Assembly (NCBI GenBank): GCA_035539475.1
Contig: DATLIL010000819.1
Location: forward strand, 1 to 33,431
Length of the DNA stretch: 33,431 nt
Direction of reading: 5' to 3'
Origin: Polyangiaceae bacterium
GTDB taxonomy: Bacteria > Myxococcota_A > Polyangia > Polyangiales > Polyangiaceae
Shown: one piece after another, positions 26,209-33,431 of the stretch
Layout of the letters: each line of letters starts with the position of its first letter
Numbering within the stretch: the first letter of the stretch is position 1
Notes under the pieces: model-generated
What the model was told of the DNA's origin: nothing
Seen by the model: the letters and a program-made list of their open reading frames with translations, nothing else
Database searches by the model: none
Made by a program: the position numbers and the translations under genes

Positions 26209-27300
26209 GTGAGCACCGCGTCGTCCGAGCGTTCTGAGAAGCCCGCCGAGGCCAAGCCTGTCGGACGCCTGCGCCGACTGCTGCGGAGCCTCAAGCCGCC
26301 GCGCAAGCTCAAGCTCACCCGCGAAGGCAAGTACTACCTCCTGATCACGCTCGGTGTGGGCTTCGCAGCGGTCAACACCGGTAACAACCTCCTCTACCTA
26401 CTGCTCGGCATGTTCCTGTCGCTCATCGTCGTGTCGAGCGTGATGAGCGAGCTCAGCTTGCGTCACCTCAGCGTGGTGCGTCGGCTGCCGCCGCGGGCGC
26501 AGGTTGGTCGACCGCACCTGGTCGAGATCGAGGTCTTCAATCACAAGCAGCGCGCGCCGTCGTATGCGATCGAGGTCGAAGATCTCCGCGCCGGTCAACC
26601 CGCCGACAAGCGCTGCTTCTTTCTGAAGATCAGCCCGCGCTCCGCTCAGGTCGCCGCCTACCGCCGCACTCCCGCGAGGCGCGGGCGTGATCGTCACGTC
26701 GGCTTTCGCGTGGCCACCCGTTTCCCCTTCGGTCTGTTCGAGAAATCCCGGGAAATTCCGGCCGAAGGCGACCTCATCATCTATCCGGCCGTCGACGCCG
26801 TGATCCTCCCGCAAGACGAAGGCGGGGAGCGCCAGGGCGCCGCCCTCTCGCTCGGGCGCGGCACCGGGGACGAGATCGTCGGCGTCCGTCCCATGCGCGA
26901 GGGCGACGACCCGCGCGACATCTATTGGCGCAAGAGCACGCTGGCCTCGGAGATGGTGATCCGCGAGCGCGTCCGCGAGGCGCGGCGCGACGTCGCCTAC
27001 GTGATCGACTCCGTGTACCACGGCGATGCCCCGGGCGAAGAGTTCAACGCGCGGCTCGAGCGCCGCATCCGCGATGTGGCCTCGCGCTCGGTGGCGCACC
27101 TCAAGCGCGGCGACAACGTCACCCTGCGCACCACCGCGACCGAACGCGTGCGTAGCCTGTCCGCCGCTGGAGCCGATCCGATCTTGCGCTTCCTGGCGCT
27201 GCTCGAGGCGACGTCGGCGAGCGCACTCAAGAACCAGGAGCCGTCGGCAGCGGTGGCAGCGGTGCCTGAAAAACCGCCTGCAAAGCGCGGGGCAGCGTGA
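26209..27300 (+). CDS. DUF58 domain membrane protein
   Basis: LTREG..AAVNTGNNLLYLL TM pair, TRFPFGLF, IYP, VRPMREGDDPRDIYWRKS; follows moxR. Confidence 0.92.
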   Translation: MSTASSERSEKPAEAKPVGRLRRLLRSLKPPRKLKLTREGKYYLLITLGVGFAAVNTGNNLLYLLLGMFLSLIVVSSVMSELSLRHLSVVRRLPPRAQVGRPHLVEIEVFNHKQRAPSYAIEVEDLRAGQPADKRCFFLKISPRSAQVAAYRRTPARRGRDRHVGFRVATRFPFGLFEKSREIPAEGDLIIYPAVDAVILPQDEGGERQGAALSLGRGTGDEIVGVRPMREGDDPRDIYWRKSTLASEMVIRERVREARRDVAYVIDSVYHGDAPGEEFNARLERRIRDVASRSVAHLKRGDNVTLRTTATERVRSLSAAGADPILRFLALLEATSASALKNQEPSAAVAAVPEKPPAKRGAA

Positions 27301-29453
27301 GATTCGGGCTGGTTCATCGCATCATGACCGACGCGCTCGCCGCGCTCGGCCTGCTCGCGCTCCTCACCAGCGGTGAGCTCAACCGCTGGATGACGGTGGC
27401 CATCGTGGTCGGCCTGGTCGTGGCGCTGGCCATCCCCGAACGCTGGCAGGAAAAGCCCATCCTGCGCCGTCTCGGCGTGATCGGGCCGCTGGTCATGTTC
27501 GGTGTCCAGGCCGCCCGGCTGTCGATGGGCGAAGCCCTTCTCCCTGTCTCGATCGAGTTCGCCGCCGGGCTGCAGGTCTTGCGCCTGCTCACTCGCCGCG
27601 GCGCCGCGCACGATCAACAGGTGGTGGTGCTCGCCCTTCTGCACCTGATCGCCGGGACGGTGTTGGGAGCAGGCCTGGCCTACGGCCTCTGCTTCCTGGG
27701 CTTCATGGTCGTGGCGCCGGGCGCGCTCGTGCTCAGCCACCTGCGCCGGGAGGTCGAGGGCAACTACCGCCAGGGCGCGCGCGATCGCACCGGATTGCCC
27801 GTTGACGTGCCGCGCATCCTGCGCAGCCGACGCGTCATCGGCAAGCGCTTCTTGCTGGTGACTTGCCTGCTGTCCGTACCGATCTTCGTCTTCACGGCGG
27901 TCCTGTTCATCCTCTTTCCGCGCGTCGGCCTGTCGCTTCTGCTGCTCAACAACCCGCGCGAGCGCATGACCGGCTTCTCGGAGCGCGTCGACCTTGGTGG
28001 AGTCGGCAAACTGCGCTCGGACCCCACGATCGTCATGCGCGTGGAGCCGGGCAACGTTCCCGCCACGCCGCCCGCGCGCCTGGCGCTCTATCTCAAGGGT
28101 ACCGCCTTCGACGCCTACGACGGCCGCAGCTGGTCGCGTACTCCCGGCCCCAGCAAGCTGCTGGTCGAGCAGAGTGGTCGACAGGTCAAGCTCAAGCGTT
28201 TTCCGGATCCGCGACGCGACAGCACGATGCGGGTCGACCTGGACGCGATCGATCCACCGATTGTCTTTCTGCCGGGCGACGCCGTTGCGCTCAGCCTGCT
28301 CACCTCGCAGAGCGCGCTGCCGAGCTCACGGCCCCAGCTCTACTACGGCAACGAGGGCACGCTCTACTACCGTAGCCACGACGAGCGCGGCCTACGCTAC
28401 GAGGTTTCGCTGGCGGATCAGGCTGACCGCAAACCCGAAGAGCTCACGACCTTCGAGCGCGCCCGCTATCTGGCGCTGCCGAACTTGCCGCATCGCGTGG
28501 CCGAGCTCGCGGAAAGCTGGACCGCCGATCTGAGTGACCCCCGCGAGATGGCGCGCAGGATCGAAGCGCGCTTGCGTAGCGGCTACACGTACGATCTCGA
28601 CTCACCGTCGGGGGGCGCGAAGAATCCGCTCGAGCACTTCTTGTTCGAGTCGAAGCGCGGCCACTGCGAGTTCTACTCGACCGCCATGGCCGTCATGTTG
28701 CGCACTCGTGGCGTGCCCACCCGCAACGTGACCGGCTTCGTCGGCGGCACCTTCAATCGCTTCTCGCAGACGTACGCCGTGCGGCAGGGCGACGCCCACT
28801 CGTGGGTCGAGGTCTACTTGAGCGACACGGGCTGGACGCGCTTCGATCCGACGCCGCCCTCGGGCGCGACGCCACAGAGCGAGATCAACGGCGCGCTGGT
28901 CGTGCTGCGTGACCTGATCGAAGCCATGGGTCAGCGCTGGAACCGCCACGTCGTCGGATACGACTTGAAGCAGCAAATCTGGCTGTTTCAGGGCGTGCGC
29001 GACACGTACCGTAAGCTCGTGCCGGAGCGAGATGGCTCCTTCACCGGGCGCCTCGTCGGCTCGCCGCGCCGCACGCTCCTCGCGCTCCTCGCCGCCGCCG
29101 GTCTGGTCTGGGCGGTGCGAGAGCTCTGGCTCCGTCGGCGCAAGGCGGCTCCTCAGGAGGAGCTCTCGCTGGCCGAGCGGCGCGCGCTGCAGATCGTGGA
29201 GCTCTACCAGGCACTGGACCGAGTGATGACCCAGCGCGGAGCGGCGCGACCCTCGGGCACACCGCCACTCGCGCACGCGCGTTCACTGGTGGCGCTGAAT
29301 CATCCGATTGCCCAGGAGGTGCTGGAGCTCACGGAGATCTATTTGAAGTCCCGCTTCGGAGGCGAGCTCCTCAGCGAAGGAGCCGTCAACGACTTCGCCG
29401 CCCGCGTGCGCACGCTCAAGCAGCCTCCCCGTCAGGAGAAGGCAGCGGCCTGA
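27297..29453 (+). CDS. DUF3488 / transglutaminase-like (TgpA-type) multipass membrane protein with DUF4129-like C-terminus
   Basis: Multiple TMs, FPR..TGFS..VDLG, catalytic triad GHCEFY / AHSWVEV / FDPTP; GTGA overlap with the DUF58 gene. Confidence 0.92.
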   Translation: MRFGLVHRIMTDALAALGLLALLTSGELNRWMTVAIVVGLVVALAIPERWQEKPILRRLGVIGPLVMFGVQAARLSMGEALLPVSIEFAAGLQVLRLLTRRGAAHDQQVVVLALLHLIAGTVLGAGLAYGLCFLGFMVVAPGALVLSHLRREVEGNYRQGARDRTGLPVDVPRILRSRRVIGKRFLLVTCLLSVPIFVFTAVLFILFPRVGLSLLLLNNPRERMTGFSERVDLGGVGKLRSDPTIVMRVEPGNVPATPPARLALYLKGTAFDAYDGRSWSRTPGPSKLLVEQSGRQVKLKRFPDPRRDSTMRVDLDAIDPPIVFLPGDAVALSLLTSQSALPSSRPQLYYGNEGTLYYRSHDERGLRYEVSLADQADRKPEELTTFERARYLALPNLPHRVAELAESWTADLSDPREMARRIEARLRSGYTYDLDSPSGGAKNPLEHFLFESKRGHCEFYSTAMAVMLRTRGVPTRNVTGFVGGTFNRFSQTYAVRQGDAHSWVEVYLSDTGWTRFDPTPPSGATPQSEINGALVVLRDLIEAMGQRWNRHVVGYDLKQQIWLFQGVRDTYRKLVPERDGSFTGRLVGSPRRTLLALLAAAGLVWAVRELWLRRRKAAPQEELSLAERRALQIVELYQALDRVMTQRGAARPSGTPPLAHARSLVALNHPIAQEVLELTEIYLKSRFGGELLSEGAVNDFAARVRTLKQPPRQEKAAA

Positions 29454-29455
29454 GC

Positions 29456-29914
29456 TCAGCCCCGGCGGCGGTTCAGCACGACCTGAGCGCGCGGTGTGCT
29501 CGCGGCTTGAGCGTCAGCAGTACCGTAGACGGCGTCGTCCGAAGGCCGAGCCCGCAAAGCGTCGAACTCCAGATCGGGCTTGCCGCGCTCGATCCAGGCC
29601 ACGAGCACCGCGTCTTCGGCTGGGGTTTCGCCGACGCCGACCACATCCACCGACACGCCTTGCGCCAGCTCTTCGAGAGTGATCGCCCGCTGCGCCGAGC
29701 CCAGCGGCTTCACCTTGGCTCCGGGCAGGGCACCCTGGGCCAAACTCGCCCGCGGGTATGACTGCACGATCAGCCGATAGCCGTCAGTCCCGGCCTCACC
29801 GATGGCGTGAATGTTCGCCGAAACCTCGGCGCGAACACGCTGAATGTTGCCGAGACCGATCGTGGTCGCCGCGAGCAGTGCCATCCACGACGCGCTGGTC
29901 GCAGCCGTCGTCAT
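29456..29914 (-). CDS. Hypothetical exported protein
   Basis: ORF with hydrophobic N-terminus (SWMALLAATTIGLG..VRA) and a globular region YRLIVQSY..LGSAQRAITLEELAQGVSVDVV..VLVAWIE.G.PDLEFD. Alternative in-frame GTG start at 29956. Confidence 0.72.
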   Translation of the reverse strand: MTTAATSASWMALLAATTIGLGNIQRVRAEVSANIHAIGEAGTDGYRLIVQSYPRASLAQGALPGAKVKPLGSAQRAITLEELAQGVSVDVVGVGETPAEDAVLVAWIERGKPDLEFDALRARPSDDAVYGTADAQAASTPRAQVVLNRRRG

Positions 29915-29973
29915 GACGACGCTGGCTTTCGACTGCTTCTTGTCGTTGGTGGCCACGAGCACGCAAAGACATA

Positions 29974-29989
29974 AGCACGATTCGTACCA
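29974..29989 (-). promoter_or_regulatory. Sigma54 (-24/-12) promoter candidate
   Basis: Minus strand TGGTACG-AATC-GTGCT versus consensus TGGCACG-N4-TTGCW; exact GG-N10-GC spacing, directly upstream of the hypothetical gene. Confidence 0.6.
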
Positions 29990-30088
29990 CCGCAAGGGTT
30001 CCCTTGCCGGCCCGCTGACCAAGCAGTGATCTCGTTACTGCGCACTTCAGCCCACACGAATCGGCGACACGGATTACCGCGTCTGGCC

Positions 30089-30129
30089 GTCACAGTGGCC
30101 GCCACCTGTGGCGACCACGCCACTGTGAC
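30089..30129. repeat. Nested inverted repeat (hairpin or activator site)
   Basis: GTCACAGTGGC ... GCCACTGTGAC (11-bp perfect arms) enclosing CGCCAC-ct-GTGGCG; begins at the stop of the upstream lipoprotein gene; no U-tract. Confidence 0.65.
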
Positions 30130-31520
30130 TAACGCGCGGACAAGATCTGATCAGCCCACTTGAGCGCCTGATCGCACGTGCGCTCGCCTTGCGCATTACT
30201 GCCGGCCCGCGAAAAGGTGCCCGCCACCACGGCAAAGTCACGACCGCGTCGCACCACCGCCTGCGGCCCGCGGCGAGCCCGGAGCTGGCAGAAGCGCCCG
30301 GTCTTGAAGGCCTGTTGCGCCGCGTCCGCGGTCACGGCGAGCAGCGCCGGACGTCCGTCCGCGGGCTGGTCATCGATTTCCGGAGTCAGCCCTCCGCGAA
30401 CGAAAGCCGTGGCCGCACGCAGCGACATGGCCTCGTCATCGTAACGAAGCCGGATCGCGACGGCCCGCGAGTCTCCGTCCTTGTAGACCGCCACTCTGTC
30501 ACCCGACCAGCCACTGGCGCTCTCCGCAGCGGTGGACGCTGGCATCCAATCCTCGAAAATCAGGCGCAGCGCCTGCTCTCCCACCACATCGCGGTAGACG
30601 AGCTCGCTCGGTCCGCCAGCAGGAGGCGGCGGCAGCGGCGGCGGCTCCGGGCGCTCGCCGGCGATGTACTTCTCCGGGTGCAGCACCTGCTCCGTCGACA
30701 GCGGCGGGGAGCGCCAGGCCGAGTCGACGCCGGCCCAGCCCTTGAGGCGGCGGAGGTGGTGCGTAAAGTCGAGACCGTCGGCGTAGGGCGCGATCACCGA
30801 TCGCCGAAGGATCCCGGGGATATGCGCGAGCTTGGGCGAGCTCTCGAGGGCGGCGGAGCCCGGCTTCAAGAGGGAGCCGGGCACGTCGATCGCGCGCTTA
30901 CCCTGCGGCGACAGGATCGCGTCCATCATGGCACTGGTGGCGTCGCCTTCCGACAGGCATTGCAGCGCGCTCACGCGATCGCCCTCGTCCGGCTTCCATT
31001 TCACGAGCGGTCTCAGGTCGTAGTGCTGGTCCTGAAGTGCGTGCACGAGCTCGTGCCACAGCGTCGCGCGTCGCGCCTCGCCGTCGAGATCCGCGAGCAG
31101 GTACATGCGCTTCTCGCCCGGATCGTAGAAGCCCGCGATCTCGGAGGTGAACAGCTCGAGCACGCTGCCGAGGAAGTCGAAGCGCGCCGGCGCGAGGTTC
31201 AGCGCGAACAGGAACTCGGTGTTGCCCAAGACGAGCGACGGATCCAGATCGTCCTCGACTTCGCTGCGCAGGCGGGCGAGCAGCGCCTCACGCGCTATGA
31301 CTGTCCCGGCCACTTGATCCTTGACCGGAAGCTCGCGCACCTCGGCCATGTACTTCAGCGCTCGGTCGATCTCGTCGAGGGCGTTTTGCTCCGCCGCGGG
31401 CGGGGAACTCTTGCGCTCCTCGACGGGCCGCGCCACCCAGGGAGCTGGCTGCGGAGGCGCCGCGGCGGGCTCGGGAGCGCACGCCGCAGCGAGCAGAGCG
31501 AGCGCCACCCAGCGCTTCAT
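30129..31520 (-). CDS. Lipoprotein, putative zinc metallopeptidase (gluzincin-like)
   Basis: Lipobox LAAAC (Cys14); IAGFYDP, TLWHELVHALQDQHYDL, LSEGDAT (third-ligand Glu), PY.DG..F, P.STEQVLHPEKY, GWSGDR. Confidence 0.8.
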   Translation of the reverse strand: MKRWVALALLAAACAPEPAAAPPQPAPWVARPVEERKSSPPAAEQNALDEIDRALKYMAEVRELPVKDQVAGTVIAREALLARLRSEVEDDLDPSLVLGNTEFLFALNLAPARFDFLGSVLELFTSEIAGFYDPGEKRMYLLADLDGEARRATLWHELVHALQDQHYDLRPLVKWKPDEGDRVSALQCLSEGDATSAMMDAILSPQGKRAIDVPGSLLKPGSAALESSPKLAHIPGILRRSVIAPYADGLDFTHHLRRLKGWAGVDSAWRSPPLSTEQVLHPEKYIAGERPEPPPLPPPPAGGPSELVYRDVVGEQALRLIFEDWMPASTAAESASGWSGDRVAVYKDGDSRAVAIRLRYDDEAMSLRAATAFVRGGLTPEIDDQPADGRPALLAVTADAAQQAFKTGRFCQLRARRGPQAVVRRGRDFAVVAGTFSRAGSNAQGERTCDQALKWADQILSAR

Positions 31521-32185
31521 ACGGCCCGCGCGCTGGCGCGAAGCTCGGCGATCGCCGCACGGCGATCGGGCTTCCCGAAAACGGAGTTGCCGGCCACCAG
31601 CACTCGCGCACCGGCTCGCACGATCTCGGCGGCGTTCGCTGGACCGACCCCGCCATCGACCTCGAGGTCGATATCGAACCCCGAGGCGTCGATCATCTGA
31701 CGAATGCGGCTGATCTTCGGCAGCACGGCGGGCAAGAAGCTCTGCCCACCAAAGCCCGGATTGACGCTCATCACGAGAATGAGATCGATGTCGCCCAGGA
31801 TGTAGCTCAGGTGGTCCTCGGGCGTGTGCGGGTTGAGCACGACACCAGCCCGCTTGCCGAGCTCGCGAATGCGCGCGAGCGTGCGCTGCAAATGGACGGA
31901 GGCCTCGACGTGTATGGTGATGCCGTCGGCTCCAGCCGCGGCGAACTCATCGACGTATCGCTCGGGCTCGACGATCATCAGGTGCGTATCGAGGAAGAGC
32001 TTGGTGGCGGCTCGGACGGCGCGCACCAGCGGGGGCCCAAAGGTCAGGTTCGGCACGAAGCGGCCGTCCATGACGTCGAAATGAATCCAGTCGGCGCCCG
32101 CCGCCTCGACCTCGCGCACCTCCTCGGCCAGCCGTCCGAGGTCCGCGCTGAGAATGGAGGGTGCAATCCGCACCTGTGATGACAT
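31517..32185 (-). CDS. rpe: Ribulose-phosphate 3-epimerase
   Basis: IAPSILSAD, IHFDVMDGRFVPNLTFG, DTHLMI, MSVNPGFGGQSF, EVDGGV, VAGNSVF. Confidence 0.98.
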   Translation of the reverse strand: MSSQVRIAPSILSADLGRLAEEVREVEAAGADWIHFDVMDGRFVPNLTFGPPLVRAVRAATKLFLDTHLMIVEPERYVDEFAAAGADGITIHVEASVHLQRTLARIRELGKRAGVVLNPHTPEDHLSYILGDIDLILVMSVNPGFGGQSFLPAVLPKISRIRQMIDASGFDIDLEVDGGVGPANAAEIVRAGARVLVAGNSVFGKPDRRAAIAELRASARAV

Positions 32186-32316
32186 GGGGTTTCAGGAATA
32201 GTCGACGCGGCGCGGCGCCGCAAAGGAGCAGGCCTTCACCCCGGGTTTTGCCGAGACCTTCGTCCAAGCCGTGTTACGCTGGTTCAAAGTCCCCGCCAGG
32301 TGTTCGACAGCTCCCC

Positions 32317-32754
32317 ATGATCACGCGCCCGCTCGGCAAGCAAGACTACGATCACATCGTTCAGATCATCGACAAATGGTGGGGCGGACCCACCACTGCG
32401 CTGGCGCACCCCATTTTTTTCTACGAGCTCGGCGCCATGGCGCGAGTGGTGGAGCACGACGGGATCCTCGTCGGCTTCCTCCTCGGCTTCGTCGCTCCGG
32501 GGCCGCCCAAGACCGGCTACGTCCACCTCGTGGGTATTCACCCAGACTACCGCCGCCGCGGCGTCGGTAAGGTGCTGTATCAAACCTTCGAAGAGGACTC
32601 GCGCTCGGCGGGTTGCAGCCGGCTCAAGGCGATCACGACGACCGGCAACGAAGGTTCGATCGCGTTCCACAAGGCTACCGGCTGGAGCGTGACGTACGTG
32701 GAAGACTACGCAGGGCCCGCCCGGCCTCGAGTGGTCTTCTACAAGAACCTGTGA
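32317..32754 (+). CDS. GNAT family N-acetyltransferase
   Basis: GYVHLVGIHPDYRRRGVGKVL (acetyl-CoA motif A), NEGSIAFHKATGW; start at ATG 32317. Confidence 0.93.
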   Translation: MITRPLGKQDYDHIVQIIDKWWGGPTTALAHPIFFYELGAMARVVEHDGILVGFLLGFVAPGPPKTGYVHLVGIHPDYRRRGVGKVLYQTFEEDSRSAGCSRLKAITTTGNEGSIAFHKATGWSVTYVEDYAGPARPRVVFYKNL

Positions 32755-32770
32755 CAGGAAAGCGGGGCGC

Positions 32771-33289
32771 ATGTCGAGCACACCCGCCGGAGCCCCCGTT
32801 CAGCCCAGCGAACTCCGCAACATCGGCCTGTTTGGTGCGCTGAGCGACGAGATCCTGGAGTTTCTCTGCACCATGCTCACGGTGCACGCACCCGCTGCCG
32901 GAGACACGCTATTTCGTGAAGGCGACGAGGCCCGAACGATGTACGTCGTGCTGAACGGCGAAGTCGAGGTGCTGAAGCGAAGCCGCAACGGCGTCGACGC
33001 TCGTGTCGCCGTGCTCGGGCCGGGAGACTGGTTCGGTGAGATGGGCGTCGTCGATATTCAGCCGCGCTCCGCTACCGTTCGCGCGCTGGCGCCGAGCCGA
33101 CTCGTGAAGTTCACGGCGCAAGACATGGATGCGCTGTACCGCCATGACGTGCGCTCGTACTCGATCGTGATCTTGAATCTGGCGCGTGAGCTGAGCCGCC
33201 GCCTGCGTGTCGCCGATGGCATCCTGGCAGACCTGATCGCGAACGTGCTGAACAGCTACCTGGTCCGACCCGGCGCTGGCGGGGGCTAG
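32771..33289 (+). CDS. Stand-alone cyclic nucleotide-binding domain protein (no HTH)
   Basis: LFREGDEARTMYVVLNGEVEV..LGPGDWFGEMGVVDIQPRSATVRA, then C-helix LARELSRRLR; ends about 25 aa later. Confidence 0.92.
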   Translation: MSSTPAGAPVQPSELRNIGLFGALSDEILEFLCTMLTVHAPAAGDTLFREGDEARTMYVVLNGEVEVLKRSRNGVDARVAVLGPGDWFGEMGVVDIQPRSATVRALAPSRLVKFTAQDMDALYRHDVRSYSIVILNLARELSRRLRVADGILADLIANVLNSYLVRPGAGGG

Positions 33290-33329
33290 TCAAAGCTGGT
33301 CGACCAGGCCGGCGACGATCGAGGAAACC

Positions 33330-33431
33330 TCAGCCGCCGCCGCCCTGGCCGCCACCAATCACGGCACCACCCTCTCCACCGAGGCCGGCGCCGCCGTCTG
33401 CGGATTCCCCGCCCGCGCCCCCGCTGTCCGA
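33330..33431 (-). CDS. C-terminal fragment of a Gly-rich protein (gene begins outside the window)
   Basis: Frame SDSGGAGGESADGGAGLGGEGGAVIGGGQGGGG-stop (TGA at 33330-33332). Confidence 0.6.
   Translation of the reverse strand, partial: SDSGGAGGESADGGAGLGGEGGAVIGGGQGGGG

Overview
GC-rich, gene-dense bacterial chromosome segment with about 30 CDS. Gene style (membrane-anchored Ser/Thr kinase, REC/DUF4388-like/PEGA signalling proteins, Gly-rich and Pro-rich tails, many lipoproteins) points to a myxobacterium, probably Polyangiaceae-like; this is inference. Housekeeping genes: rph, queE, leuB-family, dapF, yggU/DUF167, aroK-aroB fusion, zapA, bioF-bioD fusion, ccmA-like ATPase, rpe. Also present are an AmmeMemoRadiSam radical SAM gene, a PHP metallohydrolase and a MoxR-DUF58-transglutaminase operon. 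I saw no rRNA, tRNA, CRISPR or mobile element. Most notable: (1) an ~11 kb minus-strand gene run with several catalytically degenerate domains (GGDEF with intact I-site, pseudo-receiver, MglA/conservon-type pseudo-GTPase, pseudo-sulfatase lipoprotein) plus an Hpt-REC-REC-TM-PEGA protein; (2) two parS palindromes inside bioF and a DnaA-box variant upstream of zapA, suggesting an origin-proximal location; (3) a TetR gene divergent from bioFD with two related palindromic operators; (4) an adjacent GNAT and stand-alone cNMP-binding gene pair; (5) a sigma54 promoter with upstream palindromes driving an unknown exported protein. All family calls come from motif recognition by eye; no searches were run.
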